From: Candidatus Latescibacterota bacterium
GTDB lineage: Bacteria > Latescibacterota > UBA2968
Assembly (NCBI GenBank): GCA_965207885.1
Contig: OZ242311.1
Location: 2,816,001 to 2,880,000, forward strand
Reading direction: 5' to 3'
Length of the DNA stretch: 64,000 nucleotides
Both the position numbers and the translations under genes were made by a program. The notes beneath the pieces are model-generated. The model searched no databases. It had not been told where the DNA came from and was given only the letters and a program-made list of their open reading frames with translations. Shown here piece after piece: positions 1 to 9,795 of the stretch; the first letter of the stretch is position 1, and each line of letters opens with the position of its first letter.

Positions 1-199
1 CCCCCGCGGGATCATCCATCTGAGGGGTTGCGCGGTCTGAATCCGCATCCGTATAAATCCGAATCGTCCCTCCTTTCGCAACCCCTTTTTCCCCTGCCGT
101 ATAAGTCAGCGTCCATGTGCCACAGGACCCGGACACCACATTTTCCGATGGACTCACTGTCGCACTCCCATATAACTTTTTTACTTCTGCACCAGACAT
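1..199 (-). CDS. DUF3604-like protein, N-terminus only (runs off window start)
   Basis: Not in ORF track. Hand translation from ATG at 199 after an AGGGGAG RBS gives MSGAEVKKLYGSATVSPSENVVSGSCGTWTLTYTAGEKGVAKGGTIRIYTDADSDRATPQMDDPAG. The GTWTLTYTAG..G...GG.I..PQ.DDP pattern is typical of DUF3604 N-termini. Confidence 0.6.
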   Translation of the reverse strand, partial: MSGAEVKKLYGSATVSPSENVVSGSCGTWTLTYTAGEKGVAKGGTIRIYTDADSDRATPQMDDPAG

Positions 200-213
200 A
201 ATCGCACTCCCCT

Positions 214-2175
214 TTACCAACCGTGAACAAAATGCCTGCTATCTGGAAACCAGATCGCATCCACAACACTCGATAGCGCAATGCCAAATAAATACCCGAC
301 AATAGCACCATACCAGAACGGCAGCGACCGCCTGTAAAGCTGCACGCCCCCAAATCGCAACACAGCCACCTTCACCAGCCACACGAGCAACAAACAAAAC
401 GCATATCGCCCGGGCGGAAATGCAATGGCAACCGGATGAAAAGGCCACCACGCAAACTGCGAACGCAAATAAGTCAAAACACCTGCTTCTGCAAACCCAA
501 ACAACCACACACCGAGCTTTTGCGTATCAAAAACCGATATTTTACTGCCTTCAATATAGGGCACCCGCGAAATGAGTGAATCCATAGGCCACGACACCAG
601 CAGCCCATTCAACCCGCCTTCGTCATAACACCGAAACAAATAAAAACCACCCGCACTCATATACCCGACCAAATACGCCAGCGGCACCATCCCCCATATC
701 CACGGATGCCGGCGTAGCGAATTGCCAAACATGCGAAAAATATGCGGAATAGCAGCCAGACAGGTCGTTCGGATTGAGGCTCCCAAAAACACATTGCGAT
801 TGAACAAAATCAGCATCGACTGCGACGTGGGCGAAAGTCTCGAGGTGCCAATCACGGAGTGAATCAGCGCCACGCCTTTACCACCAGCGGGATTGAGATA
901 GGTAAATCCGGTTGCGGCCGCGTATTTCGCAATGCCGAAATAACACATAAACATCAGAATGAGTTGCCCCACCATCGCCCAGAACCCCACCCCCGAGGAC
1001 ATCATCCAGCCGCCGACACCAACCGTTGCCAATCCCAGCCCAACCCATGCCGTGCGATACGTAACGGGCACGCCATCATCAACGGTGCGGGAACGGTTTA
1101 AAGCCTTTTGCACCGTCTCCCTTAAGTGCTTCCGCGCAACCCACACCGACCACAACACCAGACACGCCAGCGCACCGTGCATCTCGAGCATCGCAATCTC
1201 ACCGGCCTTGGCGGGCTGCCCCTCTAATCCCACCGTAAAGCCCGTTCGATTCAGCAGCCCAACCTTAAAAATATTGATCACATTGTAAAACCACACACTG
1301 AACAAAATATCGGCCGGACAAAGATATGCCAGGCCCATAATCAGCGGCTGCACGCGCAAATAATACGCAGGAAAATACGGACCCAAATCCACAGCTTTGG
1401 TGAGATAATGATCAAAAATCGTAATCCGGGGCATATTTAGCTGAAAATAACCCACAATATTCCAGCAAATCACACCGCCCACACACCAGAACCCGATCCA
1501 GAAAATTTTGTCTCGCAACACAGCGGGCACGCGGCCTTCATCTGCGCCCTCGATCAAAGCCACGGGAAATTCGGACATGGGAAAAACCAGACGCTCTTTT
1601 TCCTGCCACTGCTTAAAAAAAAGCACGCTGCCAAAAAATCCCGCCATCACCGCGCTAATACAGCCAACAAACCACCAGAAAAAAGGCCGCACCCACAGCA
1701 ACCACGGCACTGGATCGCCGCGATGACGCCCGGTGTACACCGCCCGCACATCGGGTATATTGGCGTCCAAAAAGAACCACCTGGGCAAAAAGGGAATGAC
1801 TGTATCTCGCAAGCGATTTTCCGGCGAAGCGAAAAACTCGGGCGACGGAATCAGACTCACCGCATAAAACCCCCACCCCACCGCTGGCAAACTGCCGACA
1901 ATCCACATCATCGAAAAAATCGTGAGCAACTCAATGCGAGACAGCGCGAATCGCGGCGCGAAATGAATCAGCCCCACATTTATCCCCACCCACATCACAA
2001 AGGGAATCAAAGCAGCCACGGGCAAATAGCTCTTGACCAGATTCCCCGCAAAATAGCTCATATACCACGTCGCAACCGCAATGGTCACCAGCCCCAACAA
2101 AATAGACCGAAACGTTATCGTATCCGGCGCGGGAGAGGTTTCTGCTTGTATTTCAGATGAAAGGGCCATAAACAT
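214..2175 (-). CDS. Polytopic membrane protein, DUF6785/DUF6784-like (putative transporter)
   Basis: 653 aa, many hydrophobic helices, QW..KERLVFP and WWPFHPVA motifs. Confidence 0.65.
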   Translation of the reverse strand: MFMALSSEIQAETSPAPDTITFRSILLGLVTIAVATWYMSYFAGNLVKSYLPVAALIPFVMWVGINVGLIHFAPRFALSRIELLTIFSMMWIVGSLPAVGWGFYAVSLIPSPEFFASPENRLRDTVIPFLPRWFFLDANIPDVRAVYTGRHRGDPVPWLLWVRPFFWWFVGCISAVMAGFFGSVLFFKQWQEKERLVFPMSEFPVALIEGADEGRVPAVLRDKIFWIGFWCVGGVICWNIVGYFQLNMPRITIFDHYLTKAVDLGPYFPAYYLRVQPLIMGLAYLCPADILFSVWFYNVINIFKVGLLNRTGFTVGLEGQPAKAGEIAMLEMHGALACLVLWSVWVARKHLRETVQKALNRSRTVDDGVPVTYRTAWVGLGLATVGVGGWMMSSGVGFWAMVGQLILMFMCYFGIAKYAAATGFTYLNPAGGKGVALIHSVIGTSRLSPTSQSMLILFNRNVFLGASIRTTCLAAIPHIFRMFGNSLRRHPWIWGMVPLAYLVGYMSAGGFYLFRCYDEGGLNGLLVSWPMDSLISRVPYIEGSKISVFDTQKLGVWLFGFAEAGVLTYLRSQFAWWPFHPVAIAFPPGRYAFCLLLVWLVKVAVLRFGGVQLYRRSLPFWYGAIVGYLFGIALSSVVDAIWFPDSRHFVHGW

Positions 2176-2219
2176 TGTCAGAAGCGGTGTAAAACTGGTC
2201 GATTTCCAGACCAGTTCAT

Positions 2220-2252
2220 CAGGATAAGCAGGATGAAAGGATGAACAGGATT
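2220..2252 (+). repeat. Short tandem AGGAT repeat (4 copies, 8-9 bp period)
   Basis: caggataagcaggatgaaaggatgaacaggatt. Confidence 0.5.
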
Positions 2253-2397
2253 AAAACCCGTAGGTCAGAGTAATAAGCGGATAAAAGACCCAAAAGCCAT
2301 AAAAGACGCGAATAATTTGAGCGTCTGCACAGAAGTCAGAAAAAACGACCGCTCAATATAACACGGAATACGGGGGGATTCAAGAACGAGATTGGAG

Positions 2398-2532
2398 ATG
2401 GGATACAACTATCTGGGCAATGGACGGATGGTGGATGCACATATTCGTCGCATGCGCATAAAACTGGGCACAGCACAGGAAATGATTCGCACGGTGCGAG
2501 GCCTGGGATACTGTTTTAAGTCGATTGAGTAA
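2398..2532 (+). pseudogene. C-terminal fragment of an OmpR/PhoB winged-helix response regulator
   Basis: Translates MGYNYLGNGRMVDAHIRRMRIKLGTAQEMIRTVRGLGYCF (VD.HI.R.R.KL...I.TVRG.GY signature); no receiver domain upstream. Confidence 0.7.
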
Positions 2533-2554
2533 ACCCGTCCATCTTTCTCCCCCT

Positions 2555-2595
2555 AACGGGACGTATGTTCTTTTGAGCACACGTCCCGTTTTTTT
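2555..2595 (+). terminator. Intrinsic terminator
   Basis: aacgggacgt-atgttc/tttt/gagcac-acgtcccgtt hairpin followed by a T-run. Confidence 0.65.
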
Positions 2596-2639
2596 GTATA
2601 ATAAAGGTAAGGATATATCTCACTTCCACGGAGGTCGCT

Positions 2640-3170
2640 GTGTTAGATTTACAAATCTTAAAGCAATTGCCGCGAGAGACCGTATGGGAAGATGTGGCAA
2701 GTCCACTGGGACCGTTGACCGTGTTGGCCTCGGATAATGGCGTACATGCGATTGCATTTGAAGGTGATCGCACGGAACAGGCGAAGACAAATTTGCCTCG
2801 CGCTGTGAATCATCCGATCATAAATACGGCGGCCGAACAACTCGCGATGTATTTTGAGGGAACGCTGAAAGTCTTCGATTTGCCACTGGATTTACGCGGA
2901 ACAAATTTTCAGAAGCGCGTGTGGAAATTATTGCTGGATATACCCTTTGGACAAACGCGAACCTATGGTGACATCGCCCGCGCATTGGGCAATGCGGACG
3001 CATCGCAAGCCGTGGGCGCGGCCAATGGCAAAAATCCCGTGGCAATAGTGGTACCGTGTCACCGCGTAATCGGTGCATCCGGTCATCTCACGGGATATGC
3101 TGGGGGGATGGAGAAGAAAAAATTTCTGCTAACACATGAAGGCGTGATTCAACCGACGCTATTTGGATGA
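2640..3170 (+). CDS. ogt: Methylated-DNA--protein-cysteine S-methyltransferase
   Basis: [20 protein letters not shown] and active-site PCHRV motifs. Confidence 0.93.
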   Translation: MLDLQILKQLPRETVWEDVASPLGPLTVLASDNGVHAIAFEGDRTEQAKTNLPRAVNHPIINTAAEQLAMYFEGTLKVFDLPLDLRGTNFQKRVWKLLLDIPFGQTRTYGDIARALGNADASQAVGAANGKNPVAIVVPCHRVIGASGHLTGYAGGMEKKKFLLTHEGVIQPTLFG

Positions 3171-3199
3171 TTGCTGACAACTTTTTTAAGGAGCTTAAA

Positions 3200-4396
3200 A
3201 TGGCTGAAGGACATAAATTGACCATGTTGGGAACTGGACTGATCGGAATGTTTTACACCATGACCTTGCACAGACATCGGGGAATTGATCGCGTACAGGT
3301 CGTGTATTCGCGGACCGAAGAACGCGCCAGGACATTTGCGGAAGAATGGGACATCCCCAGATGGACAACGGATCTCAAAACCGCAATTGAAGACGAGGAA
3401 ACCGACGGCGTGGTAATCGGCTTACCCAACGATCTACACCTCGAAGCCGCAAAACTCGCGGCACAGGCTGGCAAAGCCGTATTTTGTACCAAACCCCTCG
3501 GCCGCACCGCTGAGGAAGCCCGGCAAATTCTGAATGCAGTGGAAAAAGCAGGTGTATTTGGCGGATATTTAGAAGACCTGGTATATCCTCCCAAAACCCT
3601 AAAAGCTCTTGAATCCGTGAAAAATGGCGCATTGGGCCGCATCTTGTGGGTGCGATCGCGCGAAACGCACCCCGGTCCCCACAGCGATTGGTTCTGGGAC
3701 ATAGACAAAGCAGGTGGCGGCGCAATTGTCGATATGGGATGTCACTGCATCGAAATCATTCGCAACTTCATCGGCAAAGGCATTCGCCCGGTCGAAGCGA
3801 TGTGCTGGTCCGACACACTCGTACATCCAGTCGAAGCAGAGGATCACGGGATTGGATTAATCAAATTTGAAAATGGATCCATGGGCCAATTCGAGGTCGG
3901 ATGGGCATTTCGCGGAGGCATGGACCTGCGGGACGAAGTCGCGGGCACAGAAGGAACAATCTGGCTCAACCACTGGTTGCGCACGGGATTTGACATGTTC
4001 ACAGCCGTGGGACAAGGGGGTTATGTAGCGGAAAAAGCCGAAGGCGATACGGGATGGCTCTTCCCCGTGGGAGACGAAGTCGCCGAACTGGGATATTCGG
4101 ACATGTTTGTAGATATGTTCAACGCCTGGGATGAAGGACGCGAACCAATGGAAACACTGTATGATGGCTATGTCGTCAATGCGATTATAGATGCGTGTTA
4201 CAAATCGGCAAAAACAAAACAATGGGAACCGATAGAAATGGAATGGCGCGGCGGTGAAGTAGATCGGGAAACCGCATCGGCCGAACCAGACGCACCATTT
4301 GTCACCCTGAAAACCGAGCGCATGCCCGATGGACGCCTGAAGCGAATTGTAAAAGACAAAGAAACCGGTGAGATCAGCGAGCGGATTGAAGAATAA
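3200..4396 (+). CDS. Gfo/Idh/MocA family oxidoreductase
   Basis: GTGLIG Rossmann motif, [16 protein letters not shown]; start placed at ATG 3200 after AAGGAG. Confidence 0.88.
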   Translation: MAEGHKLTMLGTGLIGMFYTMTLHRHRGIDRVQVVYSRTEERARTFAEEWDIPRWTTDLKTAIEDEETDGVVIGLPNDLHLEAAKLAAQAGKAVFCTKPLGRTAEEARQILNAVEKAGVFGGYLEDLVYPPKTLKALESVKNGALGRILWVRSRETHPGPHSDWFWDIDKAGGGAIVDMGCHCIEIIRNFIGKGIRPVEAMCWSDTLVHPVEAEDHGIGLIKFENGSMGQFEVGWAFRGGMDLRDEVAGTEGTIWLNHWLRTGFDMFTAVGQGGYVAEKAEGDTGWLFPVGDEVAELGYSDMFVDMFNAWDEGREPMETLYDGYVVNAIIDACYKSAKTKQWEPIEMEWRGGEVDRETASAEPDAPFVTLKTERMPDGRLKRIVKDKETGEISERIEE

Positions 4397-4398
4397 CT

Positions 4399-5223
4399 AT
4401 GGAACGCGTATTAATTGCTGATGAGGTAGCCCTGCAGGGCAAAATCGCGCAATTGAACAGCCATACGAAAACCGAACAACTGTGTGTGGTCAGCGATTGG
4501 GACCGCACATTGACAAAAGCGCGAACAGAAGATGGGCAAGATGCGACCTCCTATTCGGTAATTGCGCACGGAGCCTATTTGGGAGAGGCGTATCGCGTTG
4601 AAATGGATCGTCTGTACGCGCGGTATCGCCCCGTTGAAATATCGCAGACAATCTCGCACCGCGAAAAGCAAAAAGCCATGCGCAAATGGTGGGCAGCGGC
4701 ACTTGCGATGATGCAGAAATACGGCCTGACTGAAGATATAATAGAAGACATTGCTATCCGTGATTTCATGCGCTTGCGCGATGGTTCCATCGATCTTTTT
4801 AAAATATTGGCAGACAGAGAGATACCTCTATCAATTTTATCCGCGGGCATTGGCAACGTCATTTCAAAATTCTTAAAAGTCAGATCATTGCTCACCTCAA
4901 ATGTAACAATAACGGCAAACAAATTGATATTCGATACACACGGCGCGGTTGCGGGATTTTGCGAACCGGTAATCCACAGCTTTAACAAAGCGCGTCATGC
5001 AAATACACCACAAGGCTGCGTCCTTCTCCTGGGAGACACCATAGAAGATGCACAGATGGTGAACGACGCCGATACAGACTGTGTCATTCGCGTGGGATTT
5101 TTGAACGAATCGGTCGAAGAAAATCGCGCTGCATATCTGCGCGCTTACGATATTGTAATCTGCAACGATGCATCTATGGCACCCGTGATAGAACTGTTGA
5201 GGAAATCTCTTGACACCATTTGA
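4399..5223 (+). CDS. HAD-superfamily pyrimidine 5'-nucleotidase (UMPH-1/NT5C3-like)
   Basis: SDWDRTLT motif I, ILSAGIG, IHSFNK, LLLGD...D..M, VGFLN, YDIV. Confidence 0.75.
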   Translation: MERVLIADEVALQGKIAQLNSHTKTEQLCVVSDWDRTLTKARTEDGQDATSYSVIAHGAYLGEAYRVEMDRLYARYRPVEISQTISHREKQKAMRKWWAAALAMMQKYGLTEDIIEDIAIRDFMRLRDGSIDLFKILADREIPLSILSAGIGNVISKFLKVRSLLTSNVTITANKLIFDTHGAVAGFCEPVIHSFNKARHANTPQGCVLLLGDTIEDAQMVNDADTDCVIRVGFLNESVEENRAAYLRAYDIVICNDASMAPVIELLRKSLDTI

Positions 5224-5989
5224 AGCCATGCTCTTAGGACTATTGCAAGGGCTAACCGAATTTTTGCCCGTAAGCAGTTCGGGGCATCTCGCTTTGGGAC
5301 AAGCGGCCTGGGACATCCAAACCGGTAATATAACCTTTGAAGTGATTGTACACTTTGGGACTTTGTTGGCTATAGTAACCGCATTGCGAGTGCGAATCAG
5401 CAACCTACTCGTCGGATGTTTGCGACGCGATAGCGCATCCTGGCACACAATCTACCTGTTGATAATCGGCTCCATTCCCGCAGGCATCGTGGGAATCCTG
5501 TTCAAAGACATCCTCAAAGAGGCTTTCGCCAGTCCAGTCGCCGTATGCGGATTCTTGATCGCGACCGGCTGTATTTTGTGGAGCACGCGGTTTGCGAGGG
5601 GTGACCGCATGAAAATTACATTTTTAGACGCCATTTTAATCGGCTTTGCACAGGCCCTCGCCGTATTGCCGGGAATTTCCAGATCGGGTTCAACCATTGG
5701 CATGGGCCTGTGGCGCGGGCTGGATGGCCGCGAAGCCGCAACATTTTCTTTTTTACTCTCCATCCCCATCATTTTTGGCGCAACCGCATTAGAAGTTGGC
5801 GGCCTGCTCGCCCATCCCCCGCAAATGAACGCGCTATGGCCCCTGCTGATTGGTGCTATTGTCGCTTATGCATCCGGCGTATTTGCCATTCGATGGCTCC
5901 TAAGCTCTCTCAGTGGCGGACATTTTGCACAATTTGCCTATTATTGCTGGCTCATCGGCCTGGTGGGCATAGCGTATTTTGGAAAGTGA
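5210..5989 (+). CDS. uppP: Undecaprenyl-diphosphate phosphatase
   Basis: QGLTEFLPVSSSGH and PGISRSGST BacA motifs. Confidence 0.93.
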   Translation: MTPFEAMLLGLLQGLTEFLPVSSSGHLALGQAAWDIQTGNITFEVIVHFGTLLAIVTALRVRISNLLVGCLRRDSASWHTIYLLIIGSIPAGIVGILFKDILKEAFASPVAVCGFLIATGCILWSTRFARGDRMKITFLDAILIGFAQALAVLPGISRSGSTIGMGLWRGLDGREAATFSFLLSIPIIFGATALEVGGLLAHPPQMNALWPLLIGAIVAYASGVFAIRWLLSSLSGGHFAQFAYYCWLIGLVGIAYFGK

Positions 5990-5996
5990 ATAATCC

Positions 5997-6377
5997 ATGA
6001 GATGGCTGATCGCGTGCCTTTTGCTCGGCTGTGGGGGCGTTCCCATATCGCCCGAGAACGATCTTCTTTCGGATTTTATGTCCATTGCCAACGTACACCG
6101 CGAGCCGATCCACAATTCGGCGGGTGATATTGTGGGAGTCAATATCCTGGCCGAAGTCGTTAATACGGGACCAGTACCGATAATCAGCCCTTTTATCATG
6201 ACCTGGAAATTGCGGACCGCTAACAGCGAAGAAATAGCCCGCACAACCCATCGGTTTTCCAGATTTGACGCGGGACAGGTGCAGAAAATTGCATTGACAA
6301 TGGAATTTGCCCCGCGTTCGAATCTATCGAACGTGCAGAATGTGGTGACATTTGATTTTGAGGAAATCCGTCAGTAG
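5997..6377 (+). CDS. Hypothetical lipoprotein
   Basis: N-terminal lipobox LLGC, beta-rich body. Confidence 0.6.
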   Translation: MRWLIACLLLGCGGVPISPENDLLSDFMSIANVHREPIHNSAGDIVGVNILAEVVNTGPVPIISPFIMTWKLRTANSEEIARTTHRFSRFDAGQVQKIALTMEFAPRSNLSNVQNVVTFDFEEIRQ

Positions 6378-6471
6378 CCAGCTAACTACTGATACCCCCC
6401 TTGCCCGATACAGTCTTGGCGTGTATATTGTTGCGTCAAACGCGCCGTATCACACAACAGAGGACACAGCG

Positions 6472-6912
6472 ATGAAATATATCATTGGGTTTTTGTCCGT
6501 CTTTTTTTTATTTGGATGTTCTAAAGACGACTCTGCTGGATCGCGGGTTTTTATTCCCGAAGATTTAGTCGTCTTGGGCAACCCATCCATTATAGGCGAG
6601 GCTGCGGGTACACCTGAAAGTCCATCGAGCTTTATTCGCATTAGTGGTAATCTTGACAGTCAATCGGGTTTGGAACTCACGGGCCTTAAGGTGAGCGTGC
6701 GTGTGTTGGGTGAAAACGACACCTTGTTGGGGATGAGCGAAGATGTATGTACACCCGCTGAAATAGCCCCTGGAGGATCGTGTACTTTTTTATCAGCCGT
6801 TGTATTGGCCAACGTGGATTTCAGGGATAGTCAATCAATTGAGATTACGCCAGCTTGCGATCAGGGCACTGGCACACTGCGACTGATTCCCGTGCTTTGG
6901 CCTGATCCATAG
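6472..6912 (+). CDS. Hypothetical lipoprotein
   Basis: GAGG RBS, MKYIIGFLSVFFLFGC lipobox. Confidence 0.6.
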   Translation: MKYIIGFLSVFFLFGCSKDDSAGSRVFIPEDLVVLGNPSIIGEAAGTPESPSSFIRISGNLDSQSGLELTGLKVSVRVLGENDTLLGMSEDVCTPAEIAPGGSCTFLSAVVLANVDFRDSQSIEITPACDQGTGTLRLIPVLWPDP

Positions 6913-6926
6913 AAAGGAGTATTATT

Positions 6927-7922
6927 GTGGCAGAGGTGATTTTATCGGGTTTTGCCGACGAAGGACCGGAGAGCAAGCGTGCCGAAGAGCAATTTACGAT
7001 GATGCGCGCGCTCGGCCTGTCTTATTACACCATACGGTTTATCGACGTGGGCAACGGGGTAAAGAACGCAATGGAATTGACCGCGCAGGAGATTGTACAA
7101 CTCCAAAAATTGCACGGTGAATTTGGTATTTCGGTATCGAGCATTGGTTCCCCGCTTGGAAAAGTAAAATTGCTGGACGTGGATGACGGGACCGACAATC
7201 GCTATGTGCCGTTTAAGGAGTATTTGGAGACAGATGTCAAACGCGCCATCGAACTCGCCCATGCATTCGACACAAAACTCATCCGCGGCTTTAGCTATTA
7301 CCACCCGCATGGGACCGATCCCTGGCCGCATCTAAATCAAGCGGCAGATCAGCTCTCAGAAATTGTAGCCCTGTGTGCAAGCGAAGGCCTGATCTACGGT
7401 TCTGAAGTGGAATCGCATTTAATCGGTGGAGATGGCGAAACACTGATCGCATTGCACGAAAAGATCGACAGTCCCAACACCTGCATCATCATGGATGTGG
7501 GCAACATGGAAAGCATAGGACACAGCCCGGACAGCGTTTTTGCCGAATATGAAAAAACAAAGCCCGGATTGGGATGGATCCACATTAAAGGATTTAACGC
7601 GCCTGCCAACCAGCCGATGCTGGACCGCGCAACAGAGCGAGGTCTGACGCGGTTTATCCCTGTCGATCAAGGCGATGCCGGACATGAAATGGTCCTGCGG
7701 GATTTTAAGACACTCGTGCCGCGCCTGCAAAGCCAGTTTCAGGAACTGGGGGTGCCGGGTGTATTTATCGATCTGGAACCGCATGTAAAGGGCGGTGGAC
7801 AATTTGGCGGCTTTAGTGGTATTGATGGTTTTGGCGTGGCATTCCGCGCCCTGTGCAATTTACTGGACTATATGGGATATGAATATCACCTGACGAGTTA
7901 CGAAGACTTGACCATGCCGTAA
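6927..7922 (+). CDS. Sugar phosphate isomerase/epimerase (xylose isomerase-like TIM barrel)
   Basis: LSGFADE, IGSPLGK, DVGN, IHIK, LEPH metal-binding motifs. Confidence 0.8.
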   Translation: MAEVILSGFADEGPESKRAEEQFTMMRALGLSYYTIRFIDVGNGVKNAMELTAQEIVQLQKLHGEFGISVSSIGSPLGKVKLLDVDDGTDNRYVPFKEYLETDVKRAIELAHAFDTKLIRGFSYYHPHGTDPWPHLNQAADQLSEIVALCASEGLIYGSEVESHLIGGDGETLIALHEKIDSPNTCIIMDVGNMESIGHSPDSVFAEYEKTKPGLGWIHIKGFNAPANQPMLDRATERGLTRFIPVDQGDAGHEMVLRDFKTLVPRLQSQFQELGVPGVFIDLEPHVKGGGQFGGFSGIDGFGVAFRALCNLLDYMGYEYHLTSYEDLTMP

Positions 7923-7935
7923 AATGGAGGTTGTA

Positions 7936-8982
7936 ATGGCAGATATTCGCATTGGTATTATTGGCGCGGGCGGTATTTTTCGCACCCGCCACTTTCCGGG
8001 ATTGGCTCAAATAGACGATGCCGAGGTCGTGGCAATTTGCAACCGCAGTGAAGAGAGTGGCGGCAAAATTGCAACTGAATTTGGATTGAGCACCGACCTC
8101 ATGACTGATCCCCACGCGCTCATTGCGCGAGATGACATCGATGCCGTGATGATTGGCACCTGGCCGTACAAACACTGCGAGTTTGTACTCGAATCGCTCA
8201 AGGCGAACAAGCATGCATTTGTGCAGGCGCGCATGGCAATGAATTTGCGCGAGGCAAAAATCATGTATGCCGCAGCAATGGAATCAGACCTCGCGCACCA
8301 GATATGTCAGCCACCGCACGCATTAAAAGGCGACTGGTTCATGCAGCGGTTGATCGCCGAAGGATATGTTGGCGATATTCGCAACATCGTCATCCGTTCA
8401 ATGACGCCTGGAGGTATTGATCCCAATACGCCGCTACATTGGCGACAGATCGGTCGCTTTTCCGGCTTAAACACCATGAGCGTGGGCATGTTGGTGGAAT
8501 TTGTACACCGCTGGTGCGGCTATACCAAATCCGTATCCGCACACGCAGAAACATATGTGACCGAACGCTCTACAGAGGACGGCACAGGATCCGTTGACCG
8601 CCCAGACACCGTGAATATCCTGGCACAAATGGAAAGCGGCGCAACTGCGGTCTATCTCTTCTCCGGTACCGCGCATCACGCGCCGGGTGAAAGCATTGAA
8701 ATTTACGGCACGGATGGCACACTCATTTACGAAACCTCCCCCGTTTTGGACGAGCAACGGATATTGGGCGCCAAATCCGGCGATGGCGCATTGCAGGAAT
8801 TGGATGTCCCCGCATCCGACATGCGCGAGTGGACGGTTGAGGCAGATTTTATCGACATGATCAAAACCGGCAAACCCGCTGAATCGACCTTCTATCAGGG
8901 CGTGAAATACATGGAATTCACCGAAGCCGTATTCCGATCTGTCGAACGCGGGGCAACAGTTCACTTGCCCATTGTTGATTGA
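7936..8982 (+). CDS. Gfo/Idh/MocA family oxidoreductase
   Basis: IGIIGAGGI Rossmann motif; GGAGG RBS before ATG 7936. Confidence 0.88.
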   Translation: MADIRIGIIGAGGIFRTRHFPGLAQIDDAEVVAICNRSEESGGKIATEFGLSTDLMTDPHALIARDDIDAVMIGTWPYKHCEFVLESLKANKHAFVQARMAMNLREAKIMYAAAMESDLAHQICQPPHALKGDWFMQRLIAEGYVGDIRNIVIRSMTPGGIDPNTPLHWRQIGRFSGLNTMSVGMLVEFVHRWCGYTKSVSAHAETYVTERSTEDGTGSVDRPDTVNILAQMESGATAVYLFSGTAHHAPGESIEIYGTDGTLIYETSPVLDEQRILGAKSGDGALQELDVPASDMREWTVEADFIDMIKTGKPAESTFYQGVKYMEFTEAVFRSVERGATVHLPIVD

Positions 8983-8990
8983 GAGGCCGT

Positions 8991-9782
8991 ATGACCACAG
9001 ACTGGAGCAAGCTGGAACAAACGGTTAAAGATTACGAATCGCCCGGCACGATCGGCGTCAGTGTGATTTCGCCTCACGGAGAGAGTTGGGCATCACGGGG
9101 TGATCATCAGTTTCCAGCGGCCAGCACAGTTAAAATTCCGATCATGATCGAGATCTACAGAGCTATTGATCGCGGCACACTGGCGCTTGACGACACATAT
9201 ATCATCCGCTCTGTGGATAAATCTCCCGGCAGTGGTGTGCTGCGACATATGCATACCGGGTTGCAACTGTCGTTTGGAGATCTTCTCTACTTGATGATGT
9301 CCATCAGCGATAACACCGCCACCAACATATTGATTGAAGCAGCCGGAATGGATCGCATCAACGCGACAATGCGAGAACTCGGTATGACCGACTCTTCTCT
9401 CGGACGTCCCATGCGCGGGCGCCTCGCGATTGAAGGGGAACAGGAAAATTGGGCTACACCCAACGACTATACTGCCGTCGTCAAGACAATTCTCGACGGA
9501 CAGGCCGCATCTCCCGCATCCTGTCAGGCCATGCTCACCACCTTGACCCAGCAACAGAATGGTCGCCGCATCGGCCGATATGTGCCGACCTCCAAAACCT
9601 ATCGCTGGGGTTCCAAAACCGGCTCGAATCGGGGAGTAATCAATGATGTCGGCTTCGTCGAATCTCCGGCAGGAACAATGGTGATTGCGCTCTACAGCCA
9701 AAAACTCGGCGATAGCGTCACCGGCGAATGCGCGCTCTCCGAGATTGCCAAAGCCGCGATGCAAGCGACGGGCATGACCTAA
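8991..9782 (+). CDS. Class A beta-lactamase-related serine hydrolase
   Basis: ASTVK (SxxK), SDN and KTG motifs; no signal peptide. Confidence 0.85.
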   Translation: MTTDWSKLEQTVKDYESPGTIGVSVISPHGESWASRGDHQFPAASTVKIPIMIEIYRAIDRGTLALDDTYIIRSVDKSPGSGVLRHMHTGLQLSFGDLLYLMMSISDNTATNILIEAAGMDRINATMRELGMTDSSLGRPMRGRLAIEGEQENWATPNDYTAVVKTILDGQAASPASCQAMLTTLTQQQNGRRIGRYVPTSKTYRWGSKTGSNRGVINDVGFVESPAGTMVIALYSQKLGDSVTGECALSEIAKAAMQATGMT

Positions 9783-9795
9783 GGAGAAGGTGACT

